A DNA stretch of 64,000 nt from Daphnia carinata (taxonomy: Eukaryota), in assembly GCF_022539665.2 (NCBI RefSeq), contig NC_081331.1, positions 3,844,001 to 3,908,000 on the forward strand. The letters are read 5' to 3'. The notes below the pieces were generated by a model. The model ran no database searches and had not been told where the DNA came from. It saw nothing but the letters and a program-made list of their open reading frames with translations. The position numbers were made by a program, and so were the translations under genes. Positions 49,969-64,000 of the stretch are shown here, piece by piece. Every line of letters starts with the position of its first letter. Positions within the stretch are counted from its first letter, which is position 1.

Positions 49969-52900
49969 ATATCCAACACAAACACTTTTCATCATCCGGC
50001 TTGACAGTCGCGAAAATATTTAAAACAAGACAAAAAATAATCACGACATCACCAACAAACGCGTCAAATTTGAGACTATACGCGAAATTTTTCAATTGTC
50101 AGAAAAAAACAAAAACCTCTTTTGTTTCAGTGTTGCATTATAGTACTTCTTTTTTCCACAGATAGTTTTCGTTCAAACAAAATATCCTTGAGGAGATTGC
50201 TCTCCTATAAGATCCAATTCCAGCGCTTTAACCAAATAGCGCAAGATGATCTTCAATTTTGATTGGGGACTGTTAAGTTAGACTGGTTTAATGAAAGTTT
50301 GTTTTTAAATTGTGCTAATTTTTAGATGGCTCTCTTTAGCATTGTAATTTATTTTTTTTTTCTTTTTCAAAAGAAAGAAAGAACCTTCTTATTGGTCCTA
50401 ATAGAGTTAATATTTGTCGGTAAATCATATGGGTTGGAATCATTCAAGTTCTTTAACGTTTTGATTCGGGTTTCATAACTGATTTTTGTTTTTCATCGTT
50501 TAATTTCATTCAAGTCAGTTCAAACGTTTAGTCTAAAATTTCACTTTGTTCGACGAGTTTGGTTGCGATGTTTCACACAACATGTACATCACGTTTTTTT
50601 CCTCACTTGTTTCGGAGACGGTGGACGACGTCTTTGTAATTGTCACCTCTTCCAACATCCCAACGGTGGCAATTCAGCGTTCGCATCTGAAAAAAAAAAA
50701 AAAAAAATTCCAATTGTCACGGAATTCTTGAAGGCAATCTGTTACAAAAAAATATAGGTTATAGAACATATCGGTGTGAGTCAATCTATCAGCAAACTAC
50801 AACAAAAAAATCATTTCCCTCAGCAACAACAAAAAATGGCTGCGTGAATTAGAACGTGCCAACGGCATCAGTTTGTTGTTGGCTTTCCATTTCGCCCAGA
50901 TCTGTGTACAATTCTGTTCCCAAAAATACACTGTAGAATGTGTCCAGAAAAAGATGTGTTCACCGGACACGAACGTGAATTCGATTTATCCGATGACATC
51001 TGAAAGGCCAATGAGACCAACATGTCGTGATGAAATGTCGTATTGGCTAAAAACACCCGTTCAGTGTACTACTAATAAGAAAATGTTGGCAGCAACTGCT
51101 GCGATGACGCATCCAGCCAAGGACATAATGTAATCACATCAACCGGATAGGCACAAGTTAAATAAAAAGTTTGACTCAAAATACAAAGTACAAACCATCA
51201 TAAAAGAAGGGCACTTTTGTTCTAAATTTTCGAGAGAATGTAAGCGGTGTGTCAAAACAGTAGAATGATGCAACCGAAATGTGTTGATTTAGATTTTAAG
51301 ACTTGCAGATGTAGGCGTGAAAAAGGATCATTAGAATCTTCCGGCTGTGAACATTTGTGCCGACAAAGGAAAGAAGCCAAGCTGTTACAGTCATATTTGT
51401 GGAAAAAAAGGTGGATGGACAGCTATTCTCTTGAATAAGGGGATAACTGTTCCAACAAATGTTTCATTACACATCTGACGTTTTTTTTCTTGTCCAACCT
51501 TAGATCAAGGATACAGGCATTTACATAGCCATTTTGATTTGAAAAACACTAAACTGAACCTCATCATTTTTCTATGTATGCGTATATCTGAATATACATA
51601 AGAGAGGTTGAACGACTTGTCAATTAAATGCATGTTGCCAGATGTGTAACTGCTTTAATCAAGCGTTATCACGCCTTGACTTAGAGGCTCTCCGGATAGT
51701 GTTATTGACTTGTCTTTACCCTGTCGGCAATGTTTTCTCGCCAGTTCAACCAACCGAGTGGTCATCATGGACATTAATTAACTAACAATGCGTCTCATTT
51801 ATGTACTATACATCAGAAATAAAGTTTAAATTAGCTTCGAGACATTATGTAAGGAAAAAGGCGTTAAATCTTTTTGCTGATTGCAATTCTAACTAAATTA
51901 TAGCAGCACCGTTACGATAACAAGAAAATGTAGGGCAAAGGACACGATGTGACTAGCAATATGAACGAGGCCCAAAAAGCTAAAGAAAAAAAAAAATAAA
52001 ATACGAATTTTTATGTCTCTTTTAGCTGTATGAGACCGTTGCGTCTGTAACGAGAGCAAAAGGCGTTGACGTAACGACAGCATGATATTAAAGACGACAT
52101 TATGTTCGCTTCCGTGGAGTCTGTCACTGAATCCATGCCATTAAGGTCAAAATATCATCACGCCTGGGTACACTTTTCGCTCTTAACTTGATTTTGCTCT
52201 TTATTATTCTCGATCATGACCTGAATCATCTTGGCTATTCGGTTAAATGCTGTAATGTCATTGAAAAAGCTCTACACAAGCTGTTGGTGTTTCTTTTCAA
52301 AAGGTTGGATAACATCTGGAGATCGGAGAGACAACGTTACGGTGTAGTAAATTGCAGGTTATTTGTTCAGCCGTTAGATATCCATTTGAGCATTCATCAA
52401 AAGATGTAGCCGTCGGCGGAACACCACCTCTTTAATACAGTCTAACGGGCCTTTGCCTAACAATCTTAATTGCTGCGATGGACCATATTAATTTAGTTTC
52501 CCTGTTCATTTATCGATTTTAGACTGTCAAATGCTCAAGATAAACGAACCACCAATGCAGAATAAAAAGAGGCCGTCTTTTTCCGCATATAAAATTCCCC
52601 TCACTAAATAGCCATTTCCAACTTGTTTATGTACATGTCTCAGGAGATAATTCTCGGTCGTCAAAATGATGTGACGAGAGAGTGGTTCAGCACACATTCT
52701 TGTGTCTTTGAGCATAGCGGCGTCACCAGTATCGATTGGGCGTTGCGGGAAAAAACAAACAAAAAAACTGGCTAGTCCAAGCGAAAAAGAAGGACATGAT
52801 CTTGACTGTCCTTGTGGACTTTGCAAGAATGAGATAAAACTGTCATTTAAAAAAACGGGTTCTTCAGTTTAGGGAAAAGGGAATATTTGAGAGCTAAAAT

Positions 52901-53041
52901 GACATATTGCATGTCATGTTGATGAAGCATCGCGCTATCGCCAACTACGCCTTACTTGATTACAGTGTTTGCGAAAGTTTAAGAAGACAGTTGGTGACTT
53001 TCCTCTTTAGTTGATCAGTCAATTCCAACACAAGTTTCACG

Positions 53042-54887
<1,846 letters not shown>

Positions 54888-57625
54888 TGTTGACTGATAC
54901 CCGTATATCTTTCTAGCTACTCGAGAACCATGTTTGCTGCTTCTAGTTTTGATTTAATGGGCTCCATTTAATTAATCATACGAATTATAACAATATTGCA
55001 CAATGTTCGTTGGCAGAGGTTTCATCTAACGTTTCTTCCAATATAAAATCGTGAAAGGTTTATTTTTATTGCTCAGCTTTCAAAATTCAACGTCGTTCAA
55101 ACAAAATGACCGAGACTAAGTTTCCTTTGGCTCACGCAGTTATGACGCCAATGAAAAATCTGATTCGAGGGATTATGCATCCAAGCGTTCACGTGCGCTA
55201 TTCTTTTCAAAAAAATTCTTGGATTTTTATGTGATGGTTGTGTTGAAAGCCACGATCAAGATGTTTCGCCGATACAGCTACATAGTTGTGTTACGTCTGA
55301 GACTTGTTAAGTGACGCTCTCGAGCGTGAAAATGCCCTACCTTTTTGTTCATCTTGGAATTCGTAGAATCGCGATGATTTGAATTCAATTACAACAACAT
55401 TAACCAAGGAGCATGATTGTTTTTAGACCGTATCATTGATTAAGCTGTAGCCCCAACGTTACAGCATTACAATTTACTTTGAGTGCATTTTGATATTATA
55501 GCTTCGGTAATATAGTGCGGGAAAGTCCCCTTTAACGATAAGAACACATGTTGGTTTAAAACTCTGCGTGAAATGCGACATGTCGTAACAATAAATCCTC
55601 TTTCTTCTTCAACGGCATGCGGTAGCACATTGCAAATGAGGCATCGTAATTACTAAAATAGTGTTCTATCCTACTGCGCATTCTCTTGTGTGTTAAAGGT
55701 AAAAAAACACATAAGGAAAATGTGGATCGCCACATGTTTGTAAGTATAAAAAAACAACGAGCTCATTTGTAACGTATTTTCCAACTCTGTACCAAATAAC
55801 AGGTGATGCTTACTTAACCCTACACCCTTTTACAAGGTTACACGTGTACTTTTTCGTACAACGAAGAAGTTGCATAGGTTTCTTTTAGGCAATGGCACAT
55901 AATTCTTATATTCCAAAATCCTTTAGAGCGTCTCGTTTCAATGGTTGCCTTTGGGGGAGGAGGTTGAAAAATTTAGTTCTCAAATGAGAAAACGGAACTG
56001 AAGAAAAAGAAAAAGAAGAGCGGCCATCATGGATTTTTGATATCCCTTTCCCTTAGTTCTGGTGCGATGGCACATTTTCTACCTTAAAAAATTGATAGTT
56101 TCTCGGAATTGACGAAACGAGAACGGTACGAAAAAAGGATAAAGAGAAAAAGCAGGCGATGAAACAGGTGGGCGTTTAAACATAATTCGCCGTATTTCTG
56201 ATTCATTTAGAAAATCTAGCCTGGCTAGTTAACCCATCCCATTGCACACGGCCGAGGTTTTTCCGAAAAATTCACAAAGAACCCATAAAAGGGTTTAGAT
56301 TACGCTCATCACACTTTCAATATTTCCAATTCGTGGATCGGTTCATCACGATAACTTTCACGTTCTCATTTTGGGTTTTAAATAATGGCAATACTTGTGG
56401 CTATCTCTGTATCTGTAATGCCTCTTACAATGATATTGTTTGATTTGAGTTTCGAAATGCTATAGGTAGCTTCCTTTACAATGAGTTTGGCCTTCGCTGC
56501 TAAAATTGGGTATTATAAATCGAGGTAAAGCTACTGCCCTTGAAGAAAATGGGACCAGTCGAGAAAAGTGGGAACGTTTTTCTTAGCGAAGTTACAAGGA
56601 AACGAAACAGGAGTAAATACTTGAAACGACTGCGTTTTAGGCGAAAGAAAAGTTACGACCCGTGACGCCCGTTTTTTTTCTTCTTACTGACAGGTTTTAC
56701 GTTAAAAGAAGAAAGCATATATCATACTGATCAAATATGTTTAGCCATTTCTCTGCAGACCTGAGGACAATAGATAATATTTTAGAGTCGGACAGTTATG
56801 CCCAGTCACGAACATTTCAACAAAACGCTGAACATTTAAATTTCGAGCGTGATGACGTGAATCACTTCTCGAAAGCTGCATTTGCTACATGGTCAAAGCG
56901 ACAGTGTTATCAAGTAAGTAGTAGATTATAGCAATCGAATTTTTGACATGGTCGTATATCGTCACCCTAGTGAAAAAATATCCGTCCTTATTAAGCAGAA
57001 GCCTTTCATGTGCCTAAAGGAGCGGAAGCGCATGCTCAGTTACCTTGGTTTCGCTGGGCAAGGTCGAATTTGATAGCCACATAAAAATATCAAAACACAA
57101 GATAGAATATCATGCGCGGTTATGGTTTTGTTTTCCTCATGTGTTTAATAATCAAGCCTATCTAGAAGCGGTGCATTGAAATCGTGAAGTAAATAGGATC
57201 AAATAGCCGCTTTTTTCTACCGTCGTCTAGCAGACATGCATATCTAAAATATGGGAGCTACAGCTATTGCGCAGCTGTGGAGGGGCTTTTCACTTTCGTT
57301 TTCCACGTGTGTCAATACGGTTCATCCGTGGGGAGGAACTGCCTAACTTGTGCAAAACTTTGCATTTTATCTGTCAAGTACAAAAGGTAACACATTCACT
57401 AATTATTGCTTTCCAAAAACTCAAGTGATCCAAGAGCAAAGTTTTATCAACAATGATATTTATCGACCTCGACAATCTAATGCATTATTTCTTGGCTTAG
57501 AAACGCCCCTCATGTGTTTACCTATGGCTTTTCTTGTAAAATGATAATCTAATTAAGGAAAACAGTACTGCAGCATTTCCATCTGTGTTCATGTATTTTA
57601 ATGTGCTATATTCGTAGGTTGAAAT

Positions 57626-59947
57626 ATGTCGTTTGAAGGATTCAAAGAGCAAGATCCAACATTTGCAACCAGAGCTATTCATGATGCCCAAGATCCAGAA
57701 CAATGGGATGCCATGCCAGTTGTGCTTCCCATTTCTATGGCCACAACTTTCAAGCAGGATGCCCCAGCTGAATTCAGAGTAACTAGAAGTACCTGTTTAT
57801 ATACTTACTGCTCTTTACAACCTTGGGAATTTTCTTTTTAGAGCTTTGAGTATAGCCGAAGTGGAAATCCAACCAGAACTACCTTTGAAAAAGTGCTAGC
57901 TTCCCTTGAGGGAGCTAAACATGGTATGAATGCAAACTAACCAACTACGAAAATAGAAACCTAATTCATGAGTTATTTCTGACATAAGGATTGACTTTTG
58001 CCTCTGGACTGGCAGCTTCAACCACTATTGTTCACCTACTCAGTGCAGGAGATCATATTGTCTCCATGGATGATTTATATGGAGGTACCAATCGCTACCT
58101 TAGGAAGGTAGCTGATCGAATGAATATCAAAACTACCTTTGTTGATGCTACCAATCCTGAGAATGTTGAAAAAGCTATACAAGAGAATACTAAGGTGTAT
58201 TTCCAGTATAATTTGTTTTTTTGTAATCAGAAATCCATGTCAAACACCAGATGCTAATTATAAATTTATTCTTTTGTACACAGCTTGTTTGGGTAGAAAC
58301 ACCCACCAATCCCACCTTGAAGTTGGTGGACATTGCTGCAGTAGCTGAGATTGTTCATAAAAGAGAAAACATCCTTTTAGTAGTGGACAATACTTTCCTT
58401 TCATCTTACTTCCAGGTATAAAAAAAGTTTTATGTTCTTTCATAAAACCTACAGAATTATACTAAAAAGCTTTGTTTCCGTAACTATCATGCTGGCATAG
58501 AGACCATTGGAGCTCGGAGCTGATATTGTTATGCACTCGCTAACCAAATATATGAATGGCCATTCGGACGTCATAATGGGAGCCGCCATGACGAACGACG
58601 ATGACGTCCATACTCGTCTTCGCTTCCTCCAGAACGGTAATAATTAGCAATTTTGGTGTACAAATTAGCCGTCTCATTTAGTTATTAATGCATGAAACTT
58701 TTGGTGGTTTTTAGCTATTGGACCAGTTCCATCGCCATTCGACTGTTTCCTGGTCAACCGCAGTTTGAAAACTTTGCACCTTCGTATGCGGGAGCATATG
58801 AAAAACGGGCTTGCTGTTGCCCGCTATCTTGAAAACCACCCCTGCATTGAACGCGTCATTCATCCAGGTAATTTGTGCTGTTTTCTTAATGTTCTTTCTG
58901 GTGACAAGTTAAATGAATTGGATGGACGGACTCATTTTAGGACTGCCCTCTCATCCACAGCATGAGCTTGCTAAACGGCAATGTTACGGTCATAGCGGAA
59001 TGATCACCATTTACATCAAGGGAGGACTGGCCGAGTCTCGCGCCTTCTTTAAGGCACTCAAGGTTTTCACCTTGGCTGAAAGTTTGGGAGGATACGAGAG
59101 TTTAGCCGAACTGCCGTAAGTCATCCTTACATAACTTTAAATATGCATGTCTTGCATGGTATTACGGCCAGAGTCTGTTGGGACGCTCTCGAGATTAAGT
59201 ATGCGCAACAGCTGGTCTGGGCCCCAGTCGATATTTTTGTTCGCTTTTTTTTTCTCTCGTTCTTTTCTAAAGGACGATTCGTGCCTAATTTGTCAGGTTT
59301 GTGTATCCGCTTTTGTTAGGGGGAAAAAAGCTGTAACAAAAATTCAATGAGCTGTCTTGAAAGCCACCATATGCGTGCCGCCGCTTGTGGCATTCAACGA
59401 GAGGTGGGAAAGAAGAAAAGCGACACTCGTTCCTTTACGTGATGAGATAATTTTTACGGGTACGCACTTGGTGATGCCCTGTTGTGCTATTCACATCGTA
59501 AACGCCATAATGTACATATTGCGCCCTGCCTGAAATAAGGCAACTTTGTTGCTGATGCAAAGGAATTGACGAAGTAGAGGCTTAGCTATTTTTTTTCCAC
59601 TGTTTTTTATCATGTACATTGTACGCATACAAAAAGGAGTTTTCACAGTAGGCGGTCACGGCATTAGTTTAATGCGCAATTTTGCTAACGGCCAACTCGA
59701 TGATTTTTACTCTTTGTTTTTTAGTTCACTGATGACTCACGCTTCGGTCAGTGCAGAAGAACGTGCCGCTTTAGGCATCACGGATAACTTGATACGATTA
59801 TCAATCGGTCTGGAAGATGTCGGCGATCTGATAGCTGATCTAGATCAGGCACTGAGAGCTGCGGTATTACATTTTTCGTTTTCAAAAAATATCTTTTATT
59901 GATAAATCTCTATTGTTTTATCAATGATTGATTCATAGGTTGCCTAA
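57626..59947 (+). CDS. CTH: Cystathionine gamma-lyase, canonical paralogue B
   Basis: [84 protein letters not shown]; in-frame stop just upstream of the ATG. Confidence 0.95.
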
Positions 59948-62900
59948 AAAATGGACCACGGGGAACGCTCTAAAGACGGGTTACTTCTTGTGATTCTTGA
60001 ATGAAGTCGTTTCCTAAACGCCCCCAGTGTTGCGTTGTGTTCTTTTTGTTATCATAGCCAAAAGCTTTCGTAATACATGTACGAAAGATGTGGTATATTT
60101 CAGTATCCTCAATTCGGCTTCCTTATATTCTCGTAAGACTAGATCCGGGTTTTAAGTAAGGGAACGTATCTTTATGAGCCTGACGTCATTGATGCATCTT
60201 GCGTAACAATATTTTTTCGAATGAGGACGTTTATTTGATTTATATTACGTAATTGAAGTCGTTTTGCTTTTCGTATTTGGTTCTCGGAACAATCGAGCGT
60301 TCGTTCCCAACGAACTCGCCACGATTCCTGTTGAAAGAATAAAAAGCACAAGTGTTGAAAAGGGTCTTCATTAGAAGGACTTTGACCGTTGCAAACCATC
60401 TGGGGGTTTGTCGGAATTGCTGTTACAGTTTGCTTCGTCTAGGTGGTCAACGTGAGAGAACGCTCATCACGTCCGCTCTATTCAACTGACTTGTTTAATA
60501 TCTCGTGTTGTCCAGCAACAACATCCCTCCTGCTGACGCTTTCGCACAAAGTGCCAAACATGGAGCGGGTCGTAACACGCTAACTTAGCCGCCAGAAAAC
60601 TCGTCAAGTATCGTTTTGAACCGTTTTTCTTTTTATTGATGTTTTTATTTTAATGAATTAACACCCGTTACCCAGAAAAAAGACAATGGCTCCGGTCATT
60701 GAAGATTCAGGTGGATGATGATAAAACGTTTGCTGGCGGATGAAAGTGTGTGAAGCGTAGCATTTGACACGGGTAACTTACCGGAAAACAGGTCGCCAAC
60801 AACTTTCTAAACGATTCGCAACGGCCTCCTATTATTCACCGGACAAAAATTGCTTTCAGAACCGCGTCGTGCTGTTGACGTCATTATCAGCGTACATAGT
60901 TTTATTAGATCATTAACAACCTGTCAGCTGTTGAAAGTCATTTCAGAAACTGTTTTGATCCAAAAACGAAAAAGAATCAAAACAGTTTATTTCTCTTGTT
61001 TATCGTTTGCGATTGTATTGAATTTATTGAACCATCTCCATCATCTGTCGTCCGTTTCTAAATGAACGAAAAACATTTGGTGTACATTTTTTGATTACCC
61101 GGAGGCACATCGTTTCTCGCGATGTGTAATGTCCGACCAATTTCTTTTATATCGGTCTTTCCAACAACACATTTTGGCTGCAATCTGTTTTCACAAAAAA
61201 AAATATGTTTCATCATTCTCAAGAAAAGAAAACAAGTCGATTATTATAGGTGTGTGTATGTACATTAAGGGGTGTAACTAGGTACTGGGTAGCGGGAAAA
61301 TGTTGATAGCCTATCGGGAATTTACGGTTTTTTATTGCCGGGTGGTGAATGAGGAGGGAGGCGAGAATAGCTGAATAGTCTGTGATATTATTACGGTACG
61401 TGGGATGTACGGATCATTTCATTTTGGAATAATAATATCTCGCACGTTTCTCTATTCACACACGACTAGTGTTTTGATTTTTTTCGTTCATTTCGTTTGA
61501 TGGTGAGGCGCTGTCGTTAATGGCGACTACAGGGTACTCGTCTGGAATCGGTTGGTTAGCTACGCCCACTTGTAAAAGAAACAAAAATGATGGTATTCTT
61601 CGCATCAATGACCCGCCAGTCTTTTTTTCCTCCCTGGGATCTATCTTTTTACATCAAAGAGTTAACTCCATTTTGCGTGTGTTACTGAATCTTCTCCAAT
61701 GATTCAACCAAGCGTGCAATGAATATCAAAGTGAGTCGCGTTGCTAGGCGAAATGTAAGACGGTAAAAACAATAGCCTTGGAAATGGATATCGCATAGTT
61801 AGGTAATCCCCGGTCACGCGTGATTAGCTTTTCGTACGAATTTTACAACGCTTGACTTGCTTTATCGTTGGACCTTATCTAGCATGTCACCTGGCTCATA
61901 GACTGGACGTAGGTACATAACGTGATATGTCTTGATAATGTCCATGTGAGTTTTCATTGACCTATATTATTTTCATTTTTACGCAGTAACGAAAGGGAAA
62001 TCTTTGTTCTGTAACGTGATCGAGACTAAGAAAAGATGATAACCACATCTTTGAGGTTTTGGGGATGTGCAATCGGCGGTTTTGCTTTGGTTTTCCAAAA
62101 CGGCCTGACAAGTTGAAATGCACGACAGCCAACGATAAGTGATGACCACGCATCATTTTTCGGAGGCGGTCAAGGTGGGCGAGCGTGTCGGTAAAAGAAA
62201 TATACCTCTTCCACACTTTTGTACGTTGGTATGAACATAGTAGCCCGGCATTCAAACAGCAGTCCTTCTTTTGGCCGTGCTCTTCAAACACCGCCAACAA
62301 CGTGATACTGTTGGCCGTAAGCTTTGAATAACAGAGTGCGGACGAACGCACAAGTCACGCAATCTGACGTTGATGAAACTTGAAAAAGAAAAACCAGCAG
62401 CTGCGCTATACCTTCGGTACAAAAATGCAGACAAGTGCACCGGCTGCTCTACCGCCGTGATGCAAAGTAACACTATAATCTGTACTCTTCAAAACTCTCT
62501 GGCTCATTTACATTCATGACGGTCTCAATTGTTTAGCCCTCTCTCTTTGTCTTTGATCTTTTACCGGTCGTCTCCCTTCTGTTGAAATCAGCCAAGCTGT
62601 TGGAGTCGATTCACGGTTCGCTGTCTTAACGCATCGTTTGAGAGCATACTCCTTCCTCTGAGGGAAACAGAACCGGTCCGTCTCATTTTCGTTTGCTGAC
62701 AGATTGAACCTCCCCGGGAAAAAGAAGTGGGTACGGAAAAAAACAGTGGTGAAAAGAAAAAAATTAAGCGACCAACTGTCGTAGGTGGTCGCAGATGGGC
62801 AAACGTTGGCAGTATTGTAGGGAGATTATTCTGTCCAGCAGCAGAAGAGACAATTTGGATTTTATCGCGCACGGCTAAGATGGAATCGTATGTGTGCTCA

Positions 62901-64000
62901 GGCCAGAAACCAAGGACATAAAAAAAATGTTAAGGTAGAAGAAAAAAATCACTGCTCAAATGTATTTGTTTTTTTATGGTCATTTCTTTCTTCAAAGAAA
63001 CGATGTGAAATTGTCATCTGGCATCTTGGAGAAAGAGCTCTCTCGGAACACATTGTACAGTCGCCTTGAGGATGACACAATCTAACAGGGGGGATAGAAG
63101 AGGATCGGTATGTGTCTACAGAAGTAGAAAGCGACACGAAGATGCAATTCAGGCCAAGTCGAAAAGGAAAGTTTATTTAGAGCACCGTGTAACAGAGAGT
63201 GAAATGGTTGTCCTTTTTTAATCAACCTGATTAGCTTTCACCTAGATCTAACGTGTAAACAAGCAAATAGAAAACAGGGACGAAAAAATCGGTAGATTGC
63301 ATCACCGGAAAAAAGGGGGGAGCTCTATTTCTTTGGTTCTTGGGAACAATTGAATGATGACGACGACCTGCTGGAAGCCATATGGTGCACGCGAACAGCC
63401 ATAGAAACCAAAAAAATTGTGCGTGCTGGCTGAGCAAGACATCGCCGACCGCGATTTCACTTCTACGCAACGTATATTGATACCATATAGCGATCTAAGT
63501 TAACGACACTTGCTGTCTTTTCTTAGCATCAAGTCGTATTTACACACTTTCTCCCACACAGCGGACAGACTGTATGTAACACCAAACCACTTGCTAACGA
63601 AAAGAAACAAAAAAAAATCTGAAAACTTTCATGTAATGTAGGCTCGAGCCGGCCAACTGCCGGTCTACACAATTCATTGTGGTGCGGTTGTGCCGCACGA
63701 AAAATAGAAAAGAAGAGAAAAAAAATGTGTTGTTTTGTTAGCGGCGGCGCACCATGTGCGCAACGTGAAATGAGGAAAGAAACAACAGCACACAACTGGA
63801 TAGTTTACTATTATAGTATTGTTAACAATTTTTCATTTTTCTTTTTCGCATTGACAAAGTCCGTCCTTGACGCCTCGCTTCTATTGCTAACAATCCCACA
63901 TCTGTCCACAACAATGTTTCTTTCTTCCTTTTTTTTTATCTACACTTTGCAAGTAGAACGAGTTCACTTTTTGTTTCGCAAATGGCTCTTATCCTTGCCC

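Overview
Compact eukaryotic (arthropod) genomic DNA, not prokaryotic. It is gene-dense with mostly ~60-75 nt GT-AG introns, which looks Daphnia/cladoceran-like (organism is an inference). I assembled 16 intron-containing protein-coding genes by hand: EDEM3 (partial), DDAH, fax, FAM20B, USP8, SMARCB1/Snr1, GPR143, RMND1, pyruvate kinase, CREBZF, NIM1K, a quinone-oxidoreductase-like MDR enzyme, KMT2E/upSET, cyclin Q, Rab3 and two tandem cystathionine gamma-lyase (CTH) paralogues. No tRNA, rRNA, CRISPR or transposon was recognised. Main observations: (1) the upstream CTH copy has gained a mitochondrial-presequence-like first exon and lost the distal cystathionine-binding residues while keeping the PLP machinery, so it is a candidate mitochondrial C-S lyase/H2S source of new specificity; (2) USP8 and FAM20B are only 146 nt apart with no canonical polyA signal, so they may be dicistronic; (3) FAM20B needs a 7-nt micro-exon; (4) pyruvate kinase has a perfect ChoRE plus alternative N- and C-termini; (5) CREBZF has a uORF whose stop overlaps an in-frame ATG, plus stress elements; (6) KMT2E has a frameshifted, exon-like segment. 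All names come from motif recognition, not database searches.
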